This document shows, piece after piece, positions 1 through 11,500 of a stretch of 64,000 bases of DNA. The DNA comes from a virus. The notes beneath the pieces are model-generated. The model was given only the letters and a program-made list of their open reading frames with translations. It did no database searches and was not told the origin of the DNA. The translations under genes and the position numbers were made by a program. Positions within the stretch are counted from its first letter, which is position 1; the number at the start of each line of letters is the position of its first letter. The stretch covers positions 23,922 to 87,921 of IMG/VR virus record IMGVR_UViG_3300008469_000001. One strand, written 5' to 3'.

Positions 1-146
1 GCAATGTCTTGTGAAATTTGACCTAGATTAACTTTTCCACCACCATTCTGCGGAGTGGTATTGGTTATAGGTTTTCCGCCTTTTTTGAAGAAAATATCAT
101 TTATATCACCAAATGATTCTCCACCAGAATCTAAATTAAATCCCAT
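1..146 (-). CDS. Hypothetical protein, 5' part only (runs off the window), probably tail-associated
   Basis: ATG at 146 just after the stop of 150..857, with GAGG upstream; reads MGFNLDSGGESFGDINDIFFKKGGKP... with no stop to the window edge. Confidence 0.55.
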   Translation of the reverse strand, partial: MGFNLDSGGESFGDINDIFFKKGGKPITNTTPQNGGGKVNLGQISQDI

Positions 147-149
147 TAA

Positions 150-857
150 TTAATCCTCAGAGGTGTCAGTTTTTTCACCAATTATAGTATTCAACATCAA
201 TGAAACCTTTTTATCATCTTTTATATTTTCAATAATTGAATTTTCATTATGACTTATGAAACCATTAGAATTTGCTGCTTGTTGAATTGAGTTATTAATA
301 ATAACTTCTTGTAAATGTCCAGGCAGCATAAAAATAGCATCCAACACACCTTTACCTATTCTACCATTGGTCATAATATCAACTTGTGCTTCTTTTATGA
401 ATTTATTAACCCAATAAATTTCTTCACCAGTTTCATCATTTAAAATTTCTTCAGGTGTTTCATCTACTCTTTCTTTAAGTGCTTTATAATTTTCTTCCAT
501 AATTGATATTTCATATTCATGATTTGATTTTGTTTTATAAAAGGCGGATAGGTTATTTTTTCTTTTTTTAATTTGTAGATTTAAAATCTTTTGTTTTCTA
601 TCAGATAAAGAATTAGCTTTCTCTTCTAAATCTTCTATTTCCAATTCTTCAATTTCAATATCTATTTTAAGATCATCATAAGCTCTGTATCTTGTACCTA
701 ATTCGAGAAGAATTTGTTTCAAAATTTTGAAATCAGTCATCTTCTCATTAATAACAAAGTTGTCAATTTGGTATTTTGACATTGTTGTAGGTTGTTTTTT
801 TATAAGTTTTTCGATTTCTAATCTTTCTGATGTTTTCTGTACTATTTCTGTACTCAT
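150..857 (-). CDS. Phage hypothetical protein (coiled-coil, tail-fibre cluster)
   Basis: 235-aa ORF with AAGGA RBS; C-terminal YWVNKFIKEAQVDIMTNGRIGKG resembles hypothetical proteins I associate with tail-fibre clusters of T4-like phages. Confidence 0.6.
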   Translation of the reverse strand: MSTEIVQKTSERLEIEKLIKKQPTTMSKYQIDNFVINEKMTDFKILKQILLELGTRYRAYDDLKIDIEIEELEIEDLEEKANSLSDRKQKILNLQIKKRKNNLSAFYKTKSNHEYEISIMEENYKALKERVDETPEEILNDETGEEIYWVNKFIKEAQVDIMTNGRIGKGVLDAIFMLPGHLQEVIINNSIQQAANSNGFISHNENSIIENIKDDKKVSLMLNTIIGEKTDTSED

Positions 858-880
858 TAAAGATTCCTTTTTAAATTATA

Positions 881-1573
881 TTATACAATTTTTATTTCAT
901 CAAAAATAATATTTAATTCCTCATTTGTAGTAGCAGATTTTATTCTATCAGTAAATAATTGTTTATTACCAATCAATGTACTTATATTCCTTTTATACTC
1001 ATCAGATTTACTAAGTATTTTGTTTACTAATGTTTCGATAGAAACTTTCCTAATTGCAGCTATATTAGTTAAAAATGGTGTATCCACCATATTGTCTTTC
1101 TTGAATGATTGTGCTTCTTCTAATTGTATAGCCCAAGTATCTTTCTCTAAACCATATGATGTATATAAATCTTTTATCTTAATATCATATAATCTAACTA
1201 ATTCATATTGTAGTAAATATTTTTTTGCTTCAATCTGTTTAGCTACATCTTCATCAGACATAATTATTTCTAATTTCTCATTATTTTCATTCATCTGATT
1301 ATATTGGTTATATCTTTTCATGGAATGATTGATAATATTAAATGATTGAAGTCCCTTAGCAATATCATCTGGAATTTCTAACATATTAAAACCATCAATT
1401 ATTATAGGTGTATAACCCACAAACCATTCTGCATCAATAGGAATACTACTAGGAATGAATGTCTTCATGAATGTATTCGGAAATTCACCCTTATTATTTG
1501 CTGTATATATAACTACTTTTTTGCCTTCTATTAAATCTGTTATTGGTAAATCTACCGCTGGTATTTCTTTCAT
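881..1573 (-). CDS. Putative tail fibre assembly protein / chaperone
   Basis: 230 aa; C-terminal EKDTWAIQLEEA..TPFLTNIAAIR..LVNKILSK..LIGNKQ pattern typical of tail-fibre-associated chaperones; AGGAG RBS. Confidence 0.55.
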   Translation of the reverse strand: MKEIPAVDLPITDLIEGKKVVIYTANNKGEFPNTFMKTFIPSSIPIDAEWFVGYTPIIIDGFNMLEIPDDIAKGLQSFNIINHSMKRYNQYNQMNENNEKLEIIMSDEDVAKQIEAKKYLLQYELVRLYDIKIKDLYTSYGLEKDTWAIQLEEAQSFKKDNMVDTPFLTNIAAIRKVSIETLVNKILSKSDEYKRNISTLIGNKQLFTDRIKSATTNEELNIIFDEIKIV

Positions 1574-1582
1574 TTTTTTCTC

Positions 1583-1804
1583 CTAATTAAATAAATTATT
1601 AACTTTTTCTTCTAAACCATCAATTGCAGTTGTTAATGAACTAATTCTTGAATCCACCTCTGAATGTGTATAGTATCTGTCATTGTGTGAATGATTATTA
1701 TCTGTAATATTTATATGAGGAGTATTTTTAACAATACCCCAATCTATATCTCCAGCTTCACTAACTATCGACTGTCCTGAAATTTCTAATTCTAATACTA
1801 TCAT
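1583..1804 (-). CDS. Small tail-fibre-associated protein (HxHxDRY module only)
   Basis: 73 aa; IDWGIVKNTP...HSHNDRYY plus a short coiled coil, paralogous to the N-termini of the two neighbouring ORFs; AGGAG RBS. Confidence 0.65.
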   Translation of the reverse strand: MIVLELEISGQSIVSEAGDIDWGIVKNTPHINITDNNHSHNDRYYTHSEVDSRISSLTTAIDGLEEKVNNLFN

Positions 1805-1814
1805 ATTTTTACTC

Positions 1815-2801
1815 CTAAAATTCTATTGAACTTGCGCCATTTTTATTTGTAGTTAAATCCGTTGCTGAAGAAACTGCCAATGTCAACCATGTCAATTTAT
1901 AAGCTGCAGTAGATGACTGTCCACCTAGTATCATACCATAATATTCAGTTGTTCCAACATTTGAATTGTTAGCATCCGAAACCAAAGTATTAAAAGATTG
2001 CACAACATCTGTATTATATGTATGTTCAAAATTACCATTGAGTTTTGATAACCAATATCCCTTAAATGAACTTTTATTTAAACCAATAGTAGTATCAACA
2101 GTTGTAAACTCGATAATATCTCTTGAAATACCAGATGAATATTGATATTCTCTTAACATACCTGTCCCATTACCTTTTGTATATCCAGTAACAATACTTG
2201 ATAATTGTTGTCTACCAGATGCATTTACAGTTGATGATGGTTTGATAGTCCATGTATCCATCTTTATATCTAATGATGCCCATTGATTAATTCCATCATT
2301 TATAAATCCTTTTGTTTGAATAGCAAAATCAATCATTGAACCTTTAGGTATTATTGGTGCATTTGAAACATTAGTATTAACTAATGTGAATTTATCAAAT
2401 TTTGAAGCAGCTTTAGAACTATTTAAAAAAAACCCAGAATCTTTTGATGTAATCCCTGGGGTATTATTTGGTGAATTACTCAATGTAGTTGATATTTGGC
2501 TAGTTGTTTCATTTGAAAAATTATAGTTATGTATGTTGTTGCCGGTTGATCCACCACCACCCATCATCAAATCCGTTTTATATGCCAATTGTTCTATTTG
2601 TTCTTCTAAATCAGAAATTCTATCTTCTTGAGTTTTGAATTTTGAATTAACAATTGATGTTAAATAATATACACTATCATGGTTATGACCACTTGCAGAA
2701 ACTAAAGTTGATGGTGTATTCTTAAATCTAGTCCAATCAATTCTCTTTGAACTATTTAAAAGTTCTTTACCATCTATTTTTATTTGTGATACTTTTGCCA
2801 T
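1815..2801 (-). CDS. Putative tail-tip / receptor-binding protein
   Basis: 328 aa; N-terminal IDWTRFKNTP..HNHDSVYY module and coiled coil, then a Ser/Thr/Gly-rich repeated beta region (MMGGG, KGFIN, KGYW, GMILGG). Confidence 0.6.
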   Translation of the reverse strand: MAKVSQIKIDGKELLNSSKRIDWTRFKNTPSTLVSASGHNHDSVYYLTSIVNSKFKTQEDRISDLEEQIEQLAYKTDLMMGGGGSTGNNIHNYNFSNETTSQISTTLSNSPNNTPGITSKDSGFFLNSSKAASKFDKFTLVNTNVSNAPIIPKGSMIDFAIQTKGFINDGINQWASLDIKMDTWTIKPSSTVNASGRQQLSSIVTGYTKGNGTGMLREYQYSSGISRDIIEFTTVDTTIGLNKSSFKGYWLSKLNGNFEHTYNTDVVQSFNTLVSDANNSNVGTTEYYGMILGGQSSTAAYKLTWLTLAVSSATDLTTNKNGASSIEF

Positions 2802-2813
2802 TTTATTAATCTC

Positions 2814-3890
2814 CTATGATTCTGCCATACCAGCAGATGATTGAGGTATTGCTAAAGAACCACCTAAAACATTTGAAGCAGCTTCTGTCGCCCAGACCAT
2901 TTTTTGTACTTTACCATGTTGAGCACCATCATATCCACCCATCATAAAACCTACTTTTTCAGACCCTAATGCATTAGACTCTCCAAATCCTTCTGTAAAA
3001 CAAACAACATTTGAAACAGAATTATTAATCATATCAATTCTCCAATTATTTGCTGTACCATAATCAATCCAATACCCTCTATCTTTATCTTTTGATAAGC
3101 CTGCTGCGTGTTGTCTTATATTTTGGGTTGTTCCAGATGAAGTACTAACAGTTAAATATTCATATTTTAGTGTAGTTCTATCTGCCTGACCAGCTTGTGT
3201 TACATAACCAAAATTCTCAGAAGACAGTCCTTGTCTACCCATTCCATGTCCTCCAAGTGATGAAGATTCTAATGAACAAGTATCAGTCGTTACTGTTAAT
3301 TTTGACCAACCTGCTCCTTCATTACAAAGATATAATTTAGATTGAGAATATATATTATATAATGTAGATTTTGTATTATGATGTGTTATGTTACCAATGT
3401 ATGATTCAACTTCTGTGAGATAAATAATTTTGTCCACATGCCTCCCAGTTCTAGTGTGTATAGAGGTATCATTTGCAGTACTAGTCGATGTATCACCAAA
3501 ATAATAACCTTTTAACTCAGAACTACCACCAGGGGAATATTGTGATGTTACAGAACCAATTTGTCCAATTTCTGTACCCGTTTCAGTAACAGTATTAAAT
3601 CTTTGGACTCTTTGGGCATAAACATATCCACTTTTATATCCACCATTAATAAATCCTTTTGTTTTTAATGGTCTAATAGTTAGTGATTTCGTCATTATTG
3701 CAACTTTATTCATAATATTAGTAAATTCATCTTCTATTGCCGCTTTCGATGTGTATCTATCATCATGGTTGTGTGTACTTGTATCTACCATTGATGATGG
3801 AATTCCATGTATAGCACCATATTCAATTTTACCATCATTTCCAATAATTACTTGTCCATCAGATGATGTTATACCTTTAAGATTAGCCAT
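2814..3890 (-). CDS. Putative tail-tip / receptor-binding protein (beta-propeller-like repeats)
   Basis: 358 aa; HNHDDRY module then repeats KGFINGG, KGYYFG, FGYVT, RGYWI, VGFMMGG at roughly 40-50 aa spacing. Confidence 0.6.
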   Translation of the reverse strand: MANLKGITSSDGQVIIGNDGKIEYGAIHGIPSSMVDTSTHNHDDRYTSKAAIEDEFTNIMNKVAIMTKSLTIRPLKTKGFINGGYKSGYVYAQRVQRFNTVTETGTEIGQIGSVTSQYSPGGSSELKGYYFGDTSTSTANDTSIHTRTGRHVDKIIYLTEVESYIGNITHHNTKSTLYNIYSQSKLYLCNEGAGWSKLTVTTDTCSLESSSLGGHGMGRQGLSSENFGYVTQAGQADRTTLKYEYLTVSTSSGTTQNIRQHAAGLSKDKDRGYWIDYGTANNWRIDMINNSVSNVVCFTEGFGESNALGSEKVGFMMGGYDGAQHGKVQKMVWATEAASNVLGGSLAIPQSSAGMAES

Positions 3891-3906
3891 TTATTTTATT
3901 CCTCAT

Positions 3907-4536
3907 TCAAAATATGATAACACACAAACCATTCCAATAATCATTTTTGGATTCGCCTTTTGTTTTCATATCTATTTTTTCTTTGTATTTCAATTTAATA
4001 TTTTCCAGACCAAACTCAATACCAACATCAACGGTTTCAAAATTATAATCATCAAATACCAACACAGAGTCTTTAAACAAACTTTCATACATCACAATAA
4101 ATGTTACTATATCGTTCAATTGATGTGATCCATCATAAAAGATTATATCAAATTTACAACCATACAATTTTTCAAAAATTCCTTTTGAAAATATGTTTCC
4201 ATCAATTTGTGTTATATTATCAAGACCAGAAATATTATCTAAAAATACCTTCTTTGGTTTATTTATATATTTTTGATATTTTTTTTCAATACTTACAACT
4301 TCTTGTTCTTCCCAACTATCTATTGTTGTAATGGTTGATGCAGATAAGGCTATTGGGATAGTGCAGGCACCACAGAATGTCCCTATTTCCAATACATTCA
4401 TATCACTACACAATACATTTAAAAAGTTTTGTGTTTTTGGGCTTGTCAAACCATGAATATCATAAACCCATTGTCTTAATTCAATTTTGTTATTTAAAGC
4501 ATTTTGAACTCTATCTTGTAAGTTTATCACATTCAT
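3907..4536 (-). CDS. Class I SAM-dependent methyltransferase (Methyltransf_24-like)
   Basis: VLEIGTFCG (motif I), ITTIDSW, FDIIFYDGSH, VLVFDDY, YWNG; start moved to the ATG at 4536 to reduce overlap with the upstream gene (start uncertain). Confidence 0.8.
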   Translation of the reverse strand: MNVINLQDRVQNALNNKIELRQWVYDIHGLTSPKTQNFLNVLCSDMNVLEIGTFCGACTIPIALSASTITTIDSWEEQEVVSIEKKYQKYINKPKKVFLDNISGLDNITQIDGNIFSKGIFEKLYGCKFDIIFYDGSHQLNDIVTFIVMYESLFKDSVLVFDDYNFETVDVGIEFGLENIKLKYKEKIDMKTKGESKNDYWNGLCVIIF

Positions 4537-5530
4537 CACATTTCCAACAATCAAAATTACAGTTTTTTGTAGTTTCAATCCATACATTAAATCTTTTATC
4601 ACTTATATTATATTTATCTTTTAACAAATGAAACTCATCATATATTGGTTCATTCAATCTAAACCTTTCAATGATACCAATACTATTCTTGAATACATTT
4701 TTAGATTCTCTTCCATGCAATTTAAATACATCAATCATACTTAAACCATCTATAAATGATTTATTAAATGGTATATTACTTTTCTTAAATTTATAGGAGT
4801 TATCATTCTTTTCCCATTCAGTACAACTAATTTTATTCATTGATGAATTAAAAAATACATCTGATTGAGTTTCTAAATTATTATGAGAATTATAAAGAAA
4901 GTGTTCTTCCTGAATTGGACAATTACCGACACAATTTTCATTAAACAATATACTCAAATACAATTTTTTATTCAATTTTGTTTCTGCTACTTTTCTAGCT
5001 TCATCAATAATTTTGAGTTTATTTTGGTTTCTCATTAAATTTCTATCTAAATTCACATAATCAAAACCATTCATAAAAGCATCATACACTTGTCTTGGTT
5101 CATCAAGAGCCCAAAGAACAGTATTTTTAATAAACATATCAGGAAACTCTTTTTGAATTTCACCAAACATTAACCAAGATGTAAAAGGAATTGTTATGCT
5201 TCTAAGACCCATATTATAAAGCGGTTTTAAGTGGGTTATAAAGGTTTGTAGGTTATTGTAGTTTGGGGATATAAATTTATTATTGAAAACTGCAGAAACA
5301 GTTACATTAGTTGCTTGTTGAATTATCAAAGCATTACCTATCATTGATACAATATCATCTTCTGAAAAGATTGTTCCCATTGCATCTTGATCGAATGGTG
5401 GTATTCTTACAGTAAAATAAATGTCATAAATTAAATCTTTATTTTCAAAAATAAATGGTATAAGCTCTGTTTCTATATATTCAGGTGTTAAATCAGGGTA
5501 TAAAGGTAGAGAAAAAGTTTGATTTATCAT
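4511..5530 (-). CDS. Peptidase U32-like Cys-rich protein (possible Fe-S enzyme)
   Basis: 339 aa; GFDYVNLDRNL, ILFNENCVGNCP, SC, DVFKLHGRE and C-terminal CNFDCWKCDEC match the U32-family layout. Confidence 0.6.
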   Translation of the reverse strand: MINQTFSLPLYPDLTPEYIETELIPFIFENKDLIYDIYFTVRIPPFDQDAMGTIFSEDDIVSMIGNALIIQQATNVTVSAVFNNKFISPNYNNLQTFITHLKPLYNMGLRSITIPFTSWLMFGEIQKEFPDMFIKNTVLWALDEPRQVYDAFMNGFDYVNLDRNLMRNQNKLKIIDEARKVAETKLNKKLYLSILFNENCVGNCPIQEEHFLYNSHNNLETQSDVFFNSSMNKISCTEWEKNDNSYKFKKSNIPFNKSFIDGLSMIDVFKLHGRESKNVFKNSIGIIERFRLNEPIYDEFHLLKDKYNISDKRFNVWIETTKNCNFDCWKCDECDKLTR

Positions 5531-5533
5531 GGA

Positions 5534-5565
5534 AAAATAACCCCTAGTTTTTTAAGGGTTATTTT
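5534..5565 (-). terminator. Hairpin between the tail fibre and U32-like genes
   Basis: AAAATAACCC-N12-GGGTTATTTT inverted repeat in a 40-nt gap. Confidence 0.45.
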
Positions 5566-5570
5566 ACAAT

Positions 5571-8500
5571 TTATTTAATTAGTTTTTTTAACTCATCAAT
5601 TTGTTTTTGTTGATCTTTAACTACTTCAACTAACATAGATGTTAGTTTAGAGTAATTCATACCTTCAACTGTTCCATCTTCTGACTTTTCAACCAATTCT
5701 GGAATAACTTTATCAACTTCTTCAGCAATAAAACCTATATCAGATTTTCCACTTTTTTTCCAATCATAAGTAACACCTTGTAATTGTGATACTTTTTCAA
5801 ATGCATTTTCAATTGGTTTAACATTTTCTTTAAATCTTATTGAAGATGTTTCAACAATAGATGTTGCACTCATTGTTCCATTTATAGTTACATCACCTGT
5901 AACAGTTCCACCAGATAAAGGTAAATAATCTAAGTTGTCAACACCTAAAGCAGTTTGTACTTGAGAAATCGTACTAGGTCTAATATAATTATCATCATCC
6001 GTATTAACTTGTGTCATAATATAACCGATTGAAGAATTAGTAGTATCATATTCACTTCTAAATAATCTAGCAGTAATATCACTTGATGAATCCCTTATAA
6101 CCACAGTTGAAGCAGTTGATGCTGTTGCTGAATTATAACCATCTAGTTTATCTGAATCTGCCGCTTTCGATGTTAATCCAAGTTTATTATCTAATGCTTC
6201 TTGTAAACCATCAACATTCGATATTGTATGATTGTGTGAATCATCAGCAACTGTTGCAGTAATAGTTATATTACTACTTCCATCAAAACTAGCAGAACCC
6301 GATAGATCCCCACCAAATGCTATAGTTCTAGCAGTTGTTAATGTATCTGCTTCTGGGTGATAATGATCAGCATAAATTCTTTGGTCGTATTTCCCAACAC
6401 CATCCCAATTTGTTGTACTATCTCTTGAAATTCTATAATAAAGAGCATCTCCATCATATTCTGCATTCAACTGAATATTTGATGTAGAACCACTACCAGT
6501 TAAATTTACCATCATTCCACTATATCCTGAATAACTTACAGAATAAATACCTTGTGCTCCAACTGTATCTTCATCACCTGCATCAATATTTCCTCTGTAG
6601 TGTAAAAATTTATTATCTGATGCTGTTTGGTGATTAGATAAATTTGTTTCGATAGCACTAGATCTCGCATCATTACTTGATACATATCCAGCAAATGATT
6701 CATCATTAGTTGTATCAACAGAATTAATTAAAGTAACAATTTCAGCAAATGAATCTTTATCTGCATCAGATGATGAAAGTATTGCATCGATTCTTGATTT
6801 TTCATTATCAATATTTGTTTGTAAAGTGTTATCTGCTGCAATTCTTGCACTTTCTTCTGAATCAATATTTGTTTGTAATGTATTCTCACTATCTTTTGCT
6901 CTTGTGATTTCATTTGAAAGATTTGTTGTTAGTGTACTTTCACTAGATTTTGCTCTTGTGATTTCATCATTTAAATTAGTTGTTAATGTATTATCTGCTG
7001 CAATTCTTGCACTTTCTTCTGAATCAATATTTGTTTGTAATGTACTCTCACTATCTTTTGCTCTTGTGATTTCATCAGTAACTGATGATTCAATTGTAGA
7101 ACTTCTAACATCATTACTAGAAACATATCCTGCAAATGATTCATCATTAGTTGTATCAACAGAATTAATTAAAGTAACAATTTCCGCAAATGAATCTTTA
7201 TCTGCATCAGATGATGAAAGTATTGCATCGATTCTTGATTTTTCATTATCAATATTTGTTTGTAATGTACTCTCACTATCTTTTGCTCTTGTGATTTCAT
7301 CATTTAAATTAGTTGTTAATGTATTATCTGCTGCAATTCTTGCACTTTCTTCACTATCAATATTTGTTTGTAATGTACTCTCACTATCTTTTGCTCTTGT
7401 GATTTCATTTGAAAGATTAGTTGTTAGTGTATTATCTGTTGCAATTCTTGCACTTTCTTCACTATCAATATTTGATTGTAAATCATTATCTGCATTTGTT
7501 CTTGCTGTAATTTCATTATTTAAATTAGTAGTTAAAGTATTATCTGCTGCAATTCTTGCACTTTCTTCTGAATCAATATTTGATTGTAAAGTAGTTTCAG
7601 ATGTTTCTGCTCTTGATTTCTCAGTATCTACATCAGTATGTACTTCATTAATTGCATTAACTAAATTTGATTGTGTATCAGTATCTAATGCAATAAGTTG
7701 TCCTTCTACATCTTTAGCTCTATCTATTTCAGCAGTTAAATTTGATGTAATAGTTATATTTGCATTTGTTCTAGCAGTAATTTCATCATTTAATTTTGTT
7801 GTAGCACTATTACTTAAATCTGTAATAGCATTATTTAAATCACTATCAGCATTTTCAAAAGCAGTGGTTACATTTTGAATTGCTGCTAGTCTTTCAGCAT
7901 CACTAGACATTGCTGACGAAATAGAATCAAGTTGTGTTTGTAATCCATTTTCAATATCAGTTGCTCTTGTTATTTCTGAAGCTAAATCACTTGTAATTTC
8001 ATTCTCTTTTGATTGTGCTCTTGATTTCTCAGTTGTTAAAGCTGTATTAATTGTATTTTCTGCAGATGTTGCTCTTGAAATCTCTGAATCAATTGAATTT
8101 TCTAAACTATTTTCTTTAGATGTAGCTCTACTAGTTTCACTAACAATACTAGAACTTAAATCATTCTCTGATTGAGTGGCTCTTGTTATCTCATTAGATA
8201 TTGTTGTTGTAATACCACTTTCAGATGTTGTTGTATTTGATACTACTTTGTTTATAGCAGAAACTAAAGATGTTGGTAAGTTACCATCATTATCTTGTAA
8301 CTTATTTGATAACCCTGTTAATAATCCTTCTGTTGAAATTGCTCTTGAAATCTCATTGGTTATGGTTGTTTCGATTTGTTCTTCTTTACTTGTAGCTCTA
8401 GTTACTTCATCATTAATTAAAGTTTCTGAATCTGTATTCATTTCTATTATTTTATTATCCAATGTATCCATAGTTACAATTGTATCTTGAATAATATTAC

Positions 8501-11500
8501 CTTCACCATCAATATATGGAATTTTAACAGATGAATTAACACCTAATTCTTGCCATGTTAAAATTGGTTGAATACCAGATGTTCCTCTATCAACACTAAT
8601 AATACCATCTAAATATGGTGTATCAGTTGTTCCATCATTTAATATAATTTCATTATTTTCTACTGCAAGTGTTACAACATTAGTTACATTTTGATCACCA
8701 ATAATATTTAAATCACCTTCTATTGTAACATTTGTAGCAAAACTAACTTCACCAGTTACACTTTGAGGTGTTGTTTGACCTTTACTCAATGAATCATCTG
8801 AAACTGTTTGTACTAAAGTATTATGTGCTGTTTCTAAATCAGTAATTGTTGCAGCTAATTCAGTTTCTACACCATCTAACTTTGTATCCACAGTTGATTT
8901 ATCATAAATATTATCTGCTGTTATATTTGTTACATTAATTTCTGATGCATTCAACGAACCATTTAATGCTAAACCAGACTCACTAATAATTGTATTTTCA
9001 CCAAGGTAAATTGTATTTGAACTTACATAAACTTCACCAATTTTCTTATCTGGTGATCCAATATTTAATATACTGTCTGTTTCAGGAACTAAATTACCTT
9101 TAAATACAATATCATCACCAGATTTAACAAACATACTATCAATTGTAGTTGATGTAGATGTTGCATTGGTATCAATCTCAGACTTTAATGAATTAATAGC
9201 TTTAGTTAAATCAGTTTTATCATTTGTTGATAAAGTTGAAATATCACCTTCGACTGTCGTTGCTCTTGTAATTTCATTTGTTAAACCATCTGTTAATGTG
9301 GTTTCAGCAGAAGTTGCTCTATCTATTTCATTATCCAAATCTATTCCAATTTGATTATCAAAATCTACTGCTCTACTAATCTCATCATTTAATGATGATG
9401 TTAATGTGGTTTCAGAATTTGTTGCTCTTGATACTTCACTATTTACTGCAGATACAATGTTTGTAGTTACAGATGTACTTAAATTTGCTAAATCCCCTTC
9501 AACAGATTTTGCTCTGGAGATTTCATTATCCAAATCAGTTGTTAAAGTATCAGTTGTTGTATCATTTTCTAATGTTGAAACTCTTAAATCCAATGATGAA
9601 TTAAGTGTTGAAATTTCACCATCTACATAGTTTTGTGTTGCAACTGTTTTATTAACAAATTGTGATGTACCTAAATCCCATTCAGAAATTTGAATATTAG
9701 ATTGATTACCATTCTCATACCATTTAATAACAGTTTGTTCACCTTCATCACCTCTTCTAATTAAAATAGAACCATCTTGTGTTGGTGCTCCAGTAGTAAC
9801 ATTAGAGTTTAATATAAGTTTATTATCATCAACATCAATAGATGTTGCGTTTACAGTAGTAGTAGTTCCTTCAACGGTTAAATCTTTTTTAATAACAACA
9901 CTTTCATTGATTGTTAAATCCGAGTTTAATTCTTGTTCATTTGTTGTTTTATTACTAATATAATCATCAAATTTAGTATTCAATGTAGATTCTACATTTG
10001 TTGCTCTTGTTGTTTCAGTATCAATATTGTTTTGCAGTGTTGTATCAGCATCTGTTCTATCAGTTTTTTCTGTTGTAATAAGACCTTGTAAATTTGTATC
10101 ACCTGAAATTCTTGCATCTATCTCATTATCAATATTACCTTGTAATGATGTGTCTGCAGATGTTCTATTTGTAGTTTCACTTGATAAATCAGTTGATATA
10201 TTTGTTTCACTTAATTTAGCTCTAGATATTTCTTCATTAACTGCATTAACTAAATTTGTTTTATCATCTGTTGTCAAATTTGTTAAATCACCTTCAACTG
10301 TTTTAGCTCTTGTAGTTTCATCAGTAATTGATGATTGTAAATCTAATTCAATTGATTCGGCTCTTGCTTTTTCTGTATTGATTGATGATTGTAGTGTTGC
10401 ATCAGAATTTGTTCTTGCATCACTTTCATCTGAAAGTTGTGTTGTTAATGTATTAACATCTGTTTCTCTTTCAGAAATTTCAGTATTTAAATCAGTTCTT
10501 ATGGTATCTTCAACATTTGTTGCTCTTGTTGTTTCAGTATCAATATTTGATTGAATAGTGTTATCTGATGATATTCTTGCAGATTTCTCATTATCAATTT
10601 GTGTTTGTAAATCATCAATACTATCATTAGATGTGTTTTGTAAATCAGTAATATCGTTAGCTAATATAGTTTCTTGACTTATTGCTCTTACTTTTTCTTT
10701 ATTAATTTCATCTAATGTAAAAATCTTTCCAGATACTTCATCTTGTAAGAATGAACCATTTTGTTGTTTAACTGGAATTGTAACTTTATCATTTGTTTCG
10801 TCAAAAGTAACTAATGCTAAAACACCTTCATCTCCTCTATCAATCTCTAATCCAGCGTCATCTGTTGGTATACCTGAAAACCCTTTATTAATAGTGATTA
10901 TATTGTCTTCAACTGTTAATGTTGTAGTTTGAATATCTACATTCTCACCTTTGATTGTTACATTACCATCAATGTTAGTATTTCCATCTATTTGTAAATC
11001 ACCGTGAATAGTTTGATTACCACCAACTGTTACATCACTATCAATTGAAACTGTTCCATTAATAGTTGTATTATTAGGAATATTTGTTACATCATTAGTT
11101 TCATCCCATTGAACTATAGTTGTTTTAGTTTCATCACCTCTTTCAACTTCAATCCCTGCATTTTGTGTTGGAGTTCCAACAGCATTAGCATTTAATGTTA
11201 CAATATTATCATCAAGTTTGATTTCTTCTGTTTGAATTGTTGTGGTTGTTCCTTTAACAGTTAAATCACCATTAATAGTTTGATTACCACCAACTGATAA
11301 ATTACCTGTTATAGTTTCATTAGCATCAACTGTTACATCATTATTTAATGTAGTTATACCATCAACAACTAAATTGGTATCAACATTTAAGTTACCTTTA
11401 ATTTCTGCATCAAAATCAGCAATAAATTTATTAACAATTGTTACAGTTCCTTGAACTGATAAATTACCACCAATATCAACACTTCCACCTAATGTTTGAT

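Noticed and set aside
6826-10554. Long + strand ORFs (6826..7878, 8176..8490, 9166..9354, 9406..9630, 10027..10554)
   Set aside because: Antisense shadows of the repetitive fibre gene; low-complexity S/L/V/A translations, no RBS.
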